The notes under the pieces: generated by a model
The model's database searches: none
What the model was told of the DNA's origin: nothing
The model's input: the letters and a program-made list of their open reading frames with translations, nothing else
Program-made: the position numbers and the translations under genes
Origin: Mercenaria mercenaria
Taxonomy: Eukaryota
NCBI RefSeq assembly: GCF_021730395.1
Contig: NC_069372.1
Location: 64,220,221 to 64,284,220, forward strand
Direction: 5' to 3'
DNA length: 64,000 nucleotides
In this document: positions 38,455 through 49,060 of the stretch, piece after piece
Layout of the letters: each line of letters begins with the position of its first letter
How positions within the stretch are numbered: position 1 is the first letter of the stretch

Positions 38455-38585
38455 TCAGTTTGAGAGCTGCAGTGCAAGGTACTATGATGCAGGGAACCAG
38501 AGTATGTCCATAGTTTGTCCAGACAGTGAAGAAAGCTTCTTGATATATCAGAAAAGTGAAAGAGAGTCCACAATAGTAACTGAGG
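38455..38585 (+). CDS. SLC22 transporter exon 2 (large extracellular loop: GQFESCSARYYDAGNQSMSIVCPDSEESFLIYQKSERESTIVTE)
   Basis: Acceptor tttttttcag|gt, donor gag|gtaaac. The phase is consistent with exon 1 and exon 3. Confidence 0.75.
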
Positions 38586-38659
38586 TAAACATTTTGTTTG
38601 TTTGATACCAGTTACCACAAGTTTCCCATATGATTAATATCCCTTGAAACACTCAGATT

Positions 38660-38890
38660 TTGTTGTTTTTGTTGTTGTTAGGTTTAATGTCACACCAACA
38701 CAATTATAGCTCTTAATTAATGGTGAAGGAAGACCACAGGTGCTCTTACAGGCATTCTTTGTATCATGGACAGCACCTAGGCACCTGGGTAGAAGTACCT
38801 ACCCTCTGTAAACCTGTTGGATGGCCACCTCATATGAAAGAATTCTACACCACAAGTTTGGTTGCGAACCCAGACCTGTAAAAAGCAAGA
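38660..38890 (-). mobile_element. tRNA-derived SINE copy in intron 2 of the transporter gene (minus orientation; (AAC)n-like tail at 38660..38680, GGTTCGCAACC box near 38870)
   Basis: Shares the body with the copies at 43071..43230 and 56850..57100 (...gaagacc.caggtgc...ataattgtgt..gtgtgac.ttaaacc). Confidence 0.55.
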
Positions 38891-39678
38891 GATTCAATTT
38901 TAGCAATCTTAAATAAAATACTTAGCCAAAGGGGCACTGAAACCCCAAGATGAATGTCTGGTTTTGTAGGTGCATGATATTTAAGGTTCTTCACAACACA
39001 TGATGGCTCAGTTTAAGTCCAAATGGCTGATAGTAATTAAGTTTGATGAGTTAGGATAAAACTCACAACCACAGGTTTTATAGTCCCATGTGATAGAACT
39101 AGGCCTCTTGTCTACTCTGCTTAGGTTCATATCCTGACATTTGTATAAGTATTTTATATTTCTGTATGTTTTTTCCACAAGTTGTAAGACAAGACACACT
39201 TTAACATAATTTACCCCTTATTTCATTTACAAAATTATTAATGAATGTTAAAATATTACCGTGATTTTAAGAACATATTTCCCATAAGTCAGCATTATTT
39301 GAAATGTGGTATAGCACAAGGCGAAAAAACATTGTGTCTGCTAATTTAACACTGAAAGGAATATTTTATCCAGATATCAATTTTGAAGAAAGTTTTGACT
39401 CTTCAAAAACATCTTGATTGAATTTTTATAAGCAGTTTAACCAATGTTTTCTACACATATTAAGGTATTTGATGCTCCAGTAAAATCAAGTGCTAAAGAC
39501 CATGTGTGAACAGAAACCAACTGACTGTAAAGAACACTAACCTAAACATCACTCTTTAACACTTCCAAGCTTGGTATTTGTATATAAAGACAACAGAGAA
39601 AACAGTATGAAAATGAAATAATCTGAAATATAATACAGTTATTAGTAGTGTCACTAGAATTGTATATTTTCTTTACAG

Positions 39679-39909
39679 TGGGACTTGGTTTGTAGTCAGG
39701 CATACCTTTCATCTCTTGCAACAACCATATACTTCTGTGGTGTGATGGTGGGTGGGGTAGTGTTTGGACATCTAGCTGACAAGTTTGGTAGGAAGCCAGT
39801 TATGTTGATATCTCTGTTCATGCCGATCGTTGTGGGAATTGCTACATCATTTGCACCATGGTATTCAGTTTTTGTGACCTTGAGATTTATTCAAGGGGTT
39901 CTTATGCAG
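39679..39909 (+). CDS. SLC22 transporter exon 3 (WDLVCSQAYLSSLATTIYFCGVMVGGVVFGHLADKFGRKPVMLISLFMPIVVGIATSFAPWYSVFVTLRFIQGVLMQ)
   Basis: WDLVC signature followed by the GxxADxxGRK/R motif. Splice sites ctttacag| and cag|gtaagt. Confidence 0.9.
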
Positions 39910-40200
39910 GTAAGTTGCATTTTAAAGCTATAATAATAATAAAGATTATGTTTTAATATTTTTGAGCCCATTTCAGATCTTTGATTTGCTCAGTTTACAA
40001 GTTCATGTACTTGTTTGATAGTATATATACATATTTCATAAGTTTATGATTGTATTTTCACGACATTTCATTATTTATTTACAATTGTATATAACTTTAT
40101 AATATTTCATTCATGTTTTTACCTTTTCATGTATATTCGATGAAACTTGTATGTGTAATGAACATTTTCATACAACATTGGCATATATCTATGTACACAG

Positions 40201-40397
40201 GGTTTACAGACCTCTACATACACACTGGCAATGGAATTGTTCTTGCCGCAGCATCGCAGTTATGCTGGTGCAATTCTTGAGTGTTTCTGGGGACTTACTG
40301 TGATGACAGTTCCCTTATTGGCATACTTGATTCCAAACTGGCGCCATCTACAGCTAGTCGTCTCACTTCCAAGTTTACTGGCTGTGTTTTATATCTG
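40201..40397 (+). CDS. SLC22 transporter exon 4 (GLQTSTYTLAMELFLPQHRSYAGAILECFWGLTVMTVPLLAYLIPNWRHLQLVVSLPSLLAVFYI)
   Basis: Contiguous with the exon 3 homology. Acceptor gtacacag|gg. The donor ctg|gtttgt is weaker than the others. Confidence 0.8.
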
Positions 40398-41078
40398 GTT
40401 TGTATATATTTCTAAAGAAATAAATGTGGCTTTCTGGTTTTTATAGGGATGTTTCTTTTCCTATATCTTCACGTTTCTCCTTCTTCTCCAGTATTATAGG
40501 GATGAATTTAAAATATTGCAAGAAAGAAAAAGAAATGACTGAACAGTTGAAGTTCTTACAATTAAACCTGTCTTAAGCAGCCAGTTTAGGGAGGGAGCAA
40601 AGGCGGCCTTTTACAACAGGTTGTGGCTTAATACAGCTGAATTGTTCTGAAAGTATAGAAATGGGAAATTGCAAATGAGGCTCCTTAAGATCAGTGGCTG
40701 CTTAAAAAGACCATTTACACAGGTTTTAGGGTATGTTGCAAGTGCAGGCTGTCTGGAGCAAGAGCAACTTGTGGTATATGTAAACAAAATTGTAACAGAT
40801 GAGTGTAGATGTTTACTGTATGCAATCTGAGCCACTCATTTAGTTGGTTGTTTGTTGAATACCCAGCAGTGGTCAAAATCATATTTACTAACAAACAGAT
40901 GGACTCGGCACAAAGTCCACACAAAAAATTAGTCCCCCGAGAATATGAATGATTTCACAGTATTTCAATTGAAAGAGCTTGGAGTTTATGAGAACTTTGA
41001 CTAATAAAGAAAACATTCTGCTGTGCTGAGTGCATATAGATGGTCATGAAAATTTGAAACTTTCCTTTTTTTTAACAG

Positions 41079-41309
41079 TTTTATGCCAGAGTCCTTGCGG
41101 TGGTTGATTCTGAAGAACAGAGTAGAGAAGGCTGAGGCCCAGATCAGTAAAATAACAGCCTGGAACAAGCAAGCGTTCCCTCATCATGCCTGGGAGGATG
41201 TTAAATTACAACTGGGAACCATGGCACAGGACACAAAGCAGTATTCAATGCTTGACCTGCTGAAAACACCAAATTTGAGAAAGAGAAGCCTGGTGCTGTT
41301 CTATCTATG
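41079..41309 (+). CDS. SLC22 transporter exon 5 (C)FMPESLRWLILKNRVEKAEAQISKITAWNKQAFPHHAWEDVKLQLGTMAQDTKQYSMLDLLKTPNLRKRSLVLFYL
   Basis: PESxRWL signature (PESPRWL in vertebrate SLC22). Splice sites tttaacag| and atg|gtaagt. Confidence 0.85.
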
Positions 41310-41498
41310 GTAAGTTAACTTTGAAATATGTTAGTGAAAAAGTATATTTGTAAGATTCATATGTTAGGGTTTTAGTTCACGTTGACTGTTTTGTAATCTC
41401 AATTCTTTTTCATCAAAGGTTCAACATAGGCCTAACATGCACTTTTCATTTTACATTTTATACTTTATTCTATTCCTTTTGTTCATTTGCCTACACAG

Positions 41499-41633
41499 GT
41501 TTGCTATTTCTATTGGTTACTATGGTTTGACATGGCGACTGACCAGTCTCCCTGGAAACAAGTATTTGAACTTCTTCATTGCTGGATGTGTGGAGTTTGT
41601 GGCTTATACTTTAGTCATCTATATAACCAAAAG
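41499..41633 (+). CDS. SLC22 transporter exon 6 (W)FAISIGYYGLTWRLTSLPGNKYLNFFIAGCVEFVAYTLVIYITK
   Basis: YYGL...GNxYLNF motif. Splice sites ctacacag| and aaag|gtaaaa. Confidence 0.85.
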
Positions 41634-41689
41634 GTAAAATACCCATGCAGTCAGTTATGTAGTTAAACTAAGATGAATTTATTTAATTT

Positions 41690-41900
41690 TAAACCGGAAT
41701 CGCCTTTCCTGTCATCCGTCCCGAAAGGCCGTCGCCTCGGGAACCCCGGTCGGATGGCTCCTGGAGGGGAACTGGTTACCCACTGCTCGGACTGTCTCGG
41801 GCTGGGAAGACCCGCAATCGCGCCGTGCAACCGCCACCCGTGTGGGTCGATGATGCCACGGCCTAGGTCGGCGGGTCCCGTTTTGATCAGGAAACATGTG
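41690..41900. other. 210-bp GC-rich island (~65% GC) inside the AT-rich intron 6 of the transporter gene, with multiple short hairpins (cgggaaccccg, cgggctgggaagacccg, acccgtgtgggt). Nature unknown.
   Basis: Sharp compositional discontinuity seen directly. ORFs 41673..41918(+) and 41712..41897(-) both cross it, but no protein homology was recognised. Confidence 0.4.
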
Positions 41901-42219
41901 CTGTTAAATTTGGGCTGAAAAGTAATCCTTGCATTTACACAAAGTCATAAGTACTTAATAGCATTCACACATGATTTCTTATTTTGAATTTAAGATTTTG
42001 TCATTGTGGCCACTGTTCTAAACAATTGAAAAATGCTATACATTTTTCTTGCGTTTGAATATTTCAGTATTTTCAGATTGTATATTAATTAACAGATTTT
42101 AAACAACACCCAAGTTTCATGAATTGAATTCTTGTAGCATAAAAGAGACGATCAGTTATGCCAGTTAAACATTAGAGAAATGAAAAAATGTTTAAAAGTT
42201 TTTATATGAAATATTTCAG

Positions 42220-42420
42220 GTTTGGGCGTAAGAAGCCCCTGCTGACCTATTTTATGCTTGCCTCCCTGTTCATGATCGGGGCAGGTGTTGTGCCCCTTGC
42301 ACTGAAGAACGTCAGCGTGTATGTAACAAGCGGGCTGGCTATTGCCGGAAAATTTGCCATGGGTGGTCTCTTCAGTGTGATCTTCCTGTACACATCAGAG
42401 CTCTACCCTACCATTGTAAG
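42220..42420 (+). CDS. SLC22 transporter exon 7 (R)FGRKKPLLTYFMLASLFMIGAGVVPLALKNVSVYVTSGLAIAGKFAMGGLFSVIFLYTSELYPTIV
   Basis: ELYPT signature. Splice sites atatttcag| and aag|gtgagt. Confidence 0.9.
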
Positions 42421-42659
42421 GTGAGTCTTGCTAATATCTCTACCCTCCAGTTTAACATTTTTACCTTGACCAAGAAACCTGTAGAAATATATATTTTTGT
42501 AAATGGAAAATTATGTTTTATCACAGTGCAGTATTGGGAAATTCCTAACATGACAGCACTCATCAATATGTTGTATTTTTCTGCTATTTTAAAGTTAACT
42601 AGGTGAATGCATGTTTGTTGATACAGAAATGTATGAGATGATATTTTTCCTGTTTTCAG

Positions 42660-42732
42660 AAATATTGGCATGGGAAGTTGTGCTTTCTGGACAAGAGTTG
42701 GAGGAGTTATAGCACCTCAGATTATTGTTCTG
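42660..42732 (+). CDS. SLC22 transporter exon 8 (R)NIGMGSCAFWTRVGGVIAPQIIVL
   Basis: RNxGxG...GGIIxP motif. Splice sites ctgttttcag| and ctg|gtaaga. Confidence 0.85.
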
Positions 42733-43070
42733 GTAAGATACATGCTTGGGTGAAGGTTTAAGCACCTTCTTCTTGGTCCATTAATATACTCTAACACAAT
42801 CTACTAATTGACCTAGATGTAAGACTGCAAATTCTTATCCATGTACAGATAATGTCTTAAGATACTACATTTCTTTGTTAAATAATAATTAGCTGGCTTT
42901 TATGGCTTTGGTTGTATTACCTGCAAATAGGGGACATTTTCAATCTTTCAGATTTAAATTATGTCTTTTCACTTCTATTGGCATTCTTTATCAGTGATTA
43001 TATAATCAATTTACTTTGCATTAGACATCCATTTGGTATAAAACTTTTTAGGAGAGAAATTGTTCTGTTG

Positions 43071-43230
43071 GGTTTAGCGTCACACTGACACAATTATACG
43101 TCATCTGGTGACTTTCCATGGTGGAGGAAGACCCCAGGTGCCCCTCCATGCATTATTGCATCACAAGCGGGCACCTTGGTGCCCTGAGTGAGGCTCGAAC
43201 CCACATTGGTGAGGGGCAAGTGATTTGGAG
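43071..43230 (-). mobile_element. SINE copy, same family, in intron 8 of the transporter gene (GGGTTCGAGCCTCAC B-box-like on the minus strand)
   Basis: Alignment by eye to 56850..57100 (+). Confidence 0.55.
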
Positions 43231-43589
43231 GAGAGAGAAAAACTTAGGGATACTAAAGAGCTTGAATGCATTTTGTCAGAATCACATATATATTTAAATA
43301 AATGATGCTTTCATCTCTTCTCTATTTACATAATTTTGTGATTTTTAGCTCACCATCATCAGATGGTGGGCTATTCAAATCACTCTGCGTCCGTGGTCCG
43401 ACGTCCTTCCGTCCGTCCCTCATTCCGTCTGTCCGTCCTTCCGTTAACAATTTCTCGTTATCGCATCTCCTCAGAAACTACTAGGGGGATTTTTACCAAA
43501 CTTTGTCAGAATGATGTATTGGTACCCTAGTTGTGTCCCTCTGAAAATCACACTGGTGCAACAATTTTTTAGTAAGTTATGGCCCTTTG

Positions 43590-44120
43590 TTTATTTCTAT
43601 AATTTACATAGATTTATATAGGGAAAAACTTTGAAAATCTTCTTGCCCAAAACCACAGAGCCTAGGGCTTTGATATTTGGTATGAAGCATCATCTAGTGG
43701 TCCTCTACCAAGATGATTCAAATTATTTCCCTGGGGTCTAATATGGCCCCGCCCCGGGGGTCACATGGTTTATATAGACTTATATAGGGAAAAACTTTGA
43801 AAAACCTCTTGTCCAAAACCACAGGGCCTAAGGCTTTGATATTTTGTATGTGACATCATCTAGTGGTATTCTACTAAGATTATTCAAATTATCCCCCTAG
43901 GGTCAAATATGGCCCTGCCCCGGGGGTCACATGGTTTACATAGACTTATATAGGGAAAACTTTGAAAATCTTCTTGTCCAAACCACAAAGCCTAGGGCTT
44001 TGATATTTGTAATGTAGCATCATCTAGTGGTTTTCTACCAAGTTTGTTAAAATTATCCCCCTAGGGTCAAATATGGCCCCGCCCTGGTGGTCACATGGTT
44101 CATATAGACTTATATAGGGA
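43590..44120. repeat. Intronic tandem array, ~175-bp unit (catagacttatatagggaaaaactttgaaaatcttcttg...ccaaaaccacagagcctagggctttgatatttg...ggccccgccccgggggtcacatggtt), ~3 units
   Basis: Direct periodicity. Preceded by a tccgtccgtcc-rich leader at 43370..43450. Confidence 0.85.
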
Positions 44121-44149
44121 AAAGTTTTTAAAAACTTCTTGTCAATAAC

Positions 44150-45410
44150 CTACAACATTCAGATTTGGACCACATGTATGGTTTTGAGTGGCAAGATGAA
44201 CCTTGACATGAGTTGACCTTGATTTTGACCTAGTGACCTACTTTCACATTTCTGTAGCTACAGCCTTCAAATTTGGACCACATGCATAGTTTTGTGCACT
44301 GAAATAAACTTTGACCTTGACATTGACCTAGTGACCTACTTTCACATTTTTGAAGGTACAGGCTTCAAATTTTGACCACATGCATAATTTCTTGTTCCAA
44401 AATGAAATTTGACCTTGATTTTGACCCAGTGACCTACTTTCACATTTCTCAAGCTGCAGCCTTCAAATTTGGACCACATGCATGGTTTATGTACCGAAAC
44501 AAACTTTCACCTTTGAAAACTGAAACTGAAACTGGTTTATTTGCTTAAACGCCTATTTCTACATTTAAAACATATTCAATGGCGTTTTACAATACAAGTT
44601 GAAATAAAATATTAAATATAAAATATTTTAAATAAGATTAATTAAAACGAATCAAAATAGCAATTATTAATTTAAAGTCAATGATAATACTATATTTTAA
44701 AATATTACTAACATACAATTACACCTTTACATTGACCTGGTGACCTACTTTATCATTTTTGAAGGTACAGGCTTCGAATTTGGACCATATGCATAGTTTT
44801 GTATTCCGAAATAAAATTTGACCTTCATTTTGACCTAGTGACCTACTTTCACATTTCTCAAGCTATAGCCTTCAAATTTGGACCACTTGCATAGTTTTGT
44901 GTACCGAAATGAACTTTGACCTTAAGATTGACCTAATGACCTACTTTCACATATCTGTAGCTACAGGCTTCAAATTTAGACCACATGAATAGGATTGTGT
45001 ACCGAAACAAACTTTGACATTGACCTAGTGACCTACTTTCACATTTTTGAAGGTACAGGCTTCAAATTTGGACCACATGCGTAGATTGGTGTTCTGAAGT
45101 GAAATTTGACCTTGATTTTGACCTAATGACCTACTTTCACATTTCTCAAGCTACAGCCTTCCGATTTGGACCACTTGCATAGTTTTGTGTACCGAAATAA
45201 ACTTTGATCTTAAGATTGACCTAGTGACCTACTTTCCAATTTCTCAAACTACAGTCTTCAAACTTGATGCACATGCATAGTTTTGTGTACAAACCACTTT
45301 GTCCTTGAAATTGATCTAGTGACCTACTTTCACATTTGTCAAGCTACAGCTTTCGAATTTAGACCACATGCACAGTGTTGTGTACGGAAATGAAATTTGA
45401 CCTTGAGCTA
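44150..45410. repeat. Intronic tandem array, ~115-bp unit (gaccacatgcatagttttgtgtaccgaaataaactttgaccttgacattgacctagtgacctactttcacatttctcaagctacagccttcaaatttg), ~10 units, with one ~150-bp AT-rich interruption at 44560..44720
   Basis: Direct periodicity. Confidence 0.9.
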
Positions 45411-45498
45411 ATCAGTAAGTCTTGAAATTTGGAACACACAAAAATGGCACATTGGTGGGCGCCAAGATCACTCTGTGATCTCTTGTTTGTTTTTGCAG

Positions 45499-45720
45499 GA
45501 TCACTTCAGCAACAAGTCTATGCCTCTCATCCTGTTTGGACTGGTTACTCTAATTGGTGGATTCCTCACAATCTTGCTCCCAGAGACGCTTGGTCGCAAG
45601 CTTCCAGACAACATTGATGATGTAGAGCAGTCTGGTTCCCATGACAACATAGTGAATGGAGAGGAGATGAAATCTCTGAATTCCAATCCAGATCATGATG
45701 CCAAACAAGAAAATGTGTAA
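45499..45720 (+). CDS. SLC22 transporter last exon (DHFSNKSMPLILFGLVTLIGGFLTILLPETLGRKLPDNIDDVEQSGSHDNIVNGEEMKSLNSNPDHDAKQENV*)
   Basis: LPET.G..LP..I.D.E C-terminal signature. Acceptor tttttgcag|ga, stop TAA at 45718..45720. The total CDS is 558 aa. Confidence 0.85.
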   Translation, partial: DHFSNKSMPLILFGLVTLIGGFLTILLPETLGRKLPDNIDDVEQSGSHDNIVNGEEMKSLNSNPDHDAKQENV

Positions 45721-47679
45721 ACTTAAAAAAATGACATTGAATAATTAAATTCAGTCTTAGACAGATTTCATTTAAAGTATCCATTGATTATTTCTATAAG
45801 CAGTATGTTTTATGTGAAAAGATATTTAGCATAGGTCTGGTACAAATTTTATGCCTACTCACAGGAAATTATGTACTTGTATAATCCAGGAGATAAGTGT
45901 TATGCTGCTTGTAGAAATACTCAGTGAAGATGAAGTTTGTTTCTCATATCAAAAGCTGTACAGATGATGTATAGTGCATGTTAACATCCTAGCTGAATGT
46001 TACATAGTTTGCATACCACTAGCAAAAATTTGAAATCCAGGAACTCATGAAATAGCCATTATGACCAAAGTCTCACAATTTTATGTCCAAGACCTGTCTT
46101 GCAAATCAGAATTTGCTGTAAAAAGAGAAACTAAAACATGATGTTCTTAAATGTGTAGATTTTGAATTGTCTTTTACATTTATGTTACATTCAGTTTCTT
46201 ACATAACACTTAAACTAGTACAAAGTGATATATACAAAAATGTACTAGGCATCATCTGAACAGCAAAGTATCGTATGCGCTGTTTTGGGGACATTGTTTC
46301 AGCATGACATATTTAATGCATGAAATATTTCATGATGGAACATTGTCTTTTAAAAAACAAAAGAAACACAAAATTAAAAGAAATTCTTAAAAACAAAAAA
46401 TCTTCAAAATGAAGATAAGAACAGTTAGGTGTTGGTAGAAGTTACATTTTGTTGCCATGTTGCAGATGGCATTACTGACTGGGTTTTGCAGTATTCAACA
46501 TGACTTCACAATGTATCATTAGGCTATATAGTGTGGCATAGAGGCAGCAAGAGTTATTCCTTTATTTGCATATAATCATGATTTAAGCCACAAACTAAGG
46601 AACTTTGTTAAAAATTTAAGATACAATCAATGTTAAATTACTCTAGGTAGTATAGATGGAGGTACAGTAAATTCTCCTTTTCAATTAAAGAACTACTCAT
46701 TTGCTGATTTTTAGTAGAAATAGAATTTTAAATTTGATGTTTTTATATAAGAATTATTTAAAGCATTTTTTCTGGCTTATCGTGTCAGTTTTTGAATGTA
46801 AAAAAGGAAAGAATATAAATTATTTTTAATTCCAATTGTAAGCAAAACTTGTTGAGAAAAAATGAATTTTAAAGCAAATTACTACAAAAACGATAGGTCT
46901 ATAACTTCATATGGGAGTTGCTGAACACTAGGACTAGGGCAGCTGTAGGAGAAATTCTGCGGCCATGTAAAAGTTAAGAAAAATATGTCAAGTTTGTCAT
47001 TTACAAGAACTGCTTCTTTTAAACTGAATAGTACTGTGAAAATCTTTTTTCAGTATATTTTATCTTTAAAGACAATTTAAATTTGTTTTTAACATCATCA
47101 TATTAGTGCTGGTATAGGTATGTGTTAGACATACATAGAAATTTAGAACTTTTTTTAAGTTCAGAACTTGTTTACTTTCTTATTCTGTTTGAAAAATTAT
47201 TACAAAATAAAAGTCATAGTTTTAGTTGGAAAGAAGCTTAATTCTTTCATGTCTAACTTTTGTTAATGACAAACTTGATGTAAACAGTGCCAACATCTGA
47301 TTGTATAAAGAAACCAAAACAGTGTAGATACATAATGTAAATAGTTCCTCCTGTTAATTTTATTTTCTTCTGTAGTATTTGTAGTACTTTCTTAATGATA
47401 TTGTATGTTTTAAAGTGTATACTATTTCTTTAATTGACCTCTGTGAGCTGTACAGTGTTTGAATCTCTTTTTATAGGGAATATGTTTGTATAAGATTGTA
47501 AATACTACTTTTTGTACTAAAAGATCAAAACCAACACAATATTAACAATAATTCTGATTATACTATAGTTGATTTCTTTTATGAATAATATTTTGGAATT
47601 TTAAACAAAATAAAAATTTAAAATTGATTTTCCTTTATGACTGGTATTAAATGTTAGTTTTATTAGCTCATCTGATTTT

Positions 47680-48690
47680 TTGAAAAAAAATGATGAGTTA
47701 TTGTCATCACTTGAGCGGTTGTCGGCGTCGGCGTCTGCGTCGGCGTTGCCTGGTTAAGTTTTATGTTTAGGTCAGCTTTTCTCCTAAACTATCAAAGCTA
47801 TTGCTTTGAAACTTGGAATACTTGTTCACCATCATAAGCTGACCCTGTATAGCAAGAAACATAACTCCATCTTGCTTTTTGCAAGATTTATGGCCCCTTT
47901 TGTACTTAGAAAATATCAGATTTCTTGGTTAAGTTTTATGTTTAGGTCAACTTTTCTCCTAAACTATCAAAGCTATTGCTTTGAAACTTGGAATACTTGT
48001 TCACCATCATAAGCTGACCCTGTACATCAAGAAACATAACTCCATCTTGCTTTTTGCAAGATTTATTGCCCCTTTTGGACTTAGAAAATCAGTTTTCTTG
48101 GTTAAGTTTTATGTTTAGGTCAGCTTTAATCCTAAACTATCAAAGCTATTGCTTTAAAACTTGCAACACTTGTTCACCATCATAAGTTGACCCTGTACAG
48201 CAAGAAACATAACTCCGTCCTGCTTTTTGCAAGATTTATGGCCCCTTTTGGACTTAGAAAATATCAGATTTCTTGGTTAAGTTTTATGTTTAGGTCAACT
48301 TTTTCTCTTAAACTATCAAAGCTATTGCTTTGAAACTTGCAACACTTGTTCCCCATCATAAGCTGACCCTGTACAGCAAGCAACATAACTCCATCCTGCT
48401 TTTTGCAATAATTATTGCCCCTTTTGGACTTAGAAAATCATTTTCTTGGTTGAGTATTATGTTTAAGTCAACTTTTCTCATAAACTATCAAAGCTATTGC
48501 TTTAAAACTTGCAACAGTTTTTCACCATCATAAGTGGACACTGTACATCAAGAAACATAACTCTATCCTGCTTTTTGCAAGAATGATGGCCCTTTTTAGA
48601 CTTAGAAAATCATGGGTAGGACAATATTTCTATTACACTAAAAAAAATCAGATGAGCGTCAGCACCCGCAAGGCGGTGCTCTTGTTGATT
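47680..48690. mobile_element. Composite element family, copy 4 (inverted orientation): the right terminus is the reverse complement at 47690..47750 (gagcggttgtcggcgtcggcgtctgcgtcggcgttgcc), then 5 tandem ~160-bp units (cttggttaagttttatgtttaggtcagcttttctcctaaactatcaaagctattgctttgaaacttg...), then the reverse complement of the left terminus at 48640..48690. Short inverted ends agctcatctgatttttt / aaaaaatcagatgagc.
   Basis: Terminus comparison with 610..1600. The internal satellite is unrelated to copies 1 and 3. ORFs 47806..48012 and 48330..48533 are repeat translations. Confidence 0.65.
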
Positions 48691-48839
48691 TTTGCACGAT
48701 AATTGAAACTACCTTTACATTTCATTACTAAATAATGTATCTGTTACAAGTGTTTAGTATACACAAAAGTCATATAGGACTTACAATTTTACAATACATT
48801 TTACATGAAAACATAGACAATGAATATATATATCGAAAT

Positions 48840-49060
48840 ATTTTAATATGTGAAAGTGAAGATCATGAATATATACAACCTTTTGGAGATATTTTTACAT
48901 GAAAGTGAAGATCATGAATTTATACAACTTTTTACAAATATTTTTACATGACAGCGAAAATCATGATTAAAAAGTTTTCCAAGATATTTTTATGTGAGAG
49001 TGAAGAACATGAATTTATATACCGGTAAGAATTTTCAGAATAGTTTCTCATAAAAATGAA
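48840..49060. repeat. 4 x ~55-bp tandem (gaaagtgaagatcatgaatatatacaac...atatttttacat)
   Basis: Seen directly. Confidence 0.8.

Noticed and set aside
41673-41918. 81-aa ORF (+) and 61-aa ORF (-) over the GC island
   Set aside because: ORFs on both strands over the same 210 bp are typical of GC-rich non-coding sequence. No family motif recognised. Retained as an uncharacterised structured island instead.
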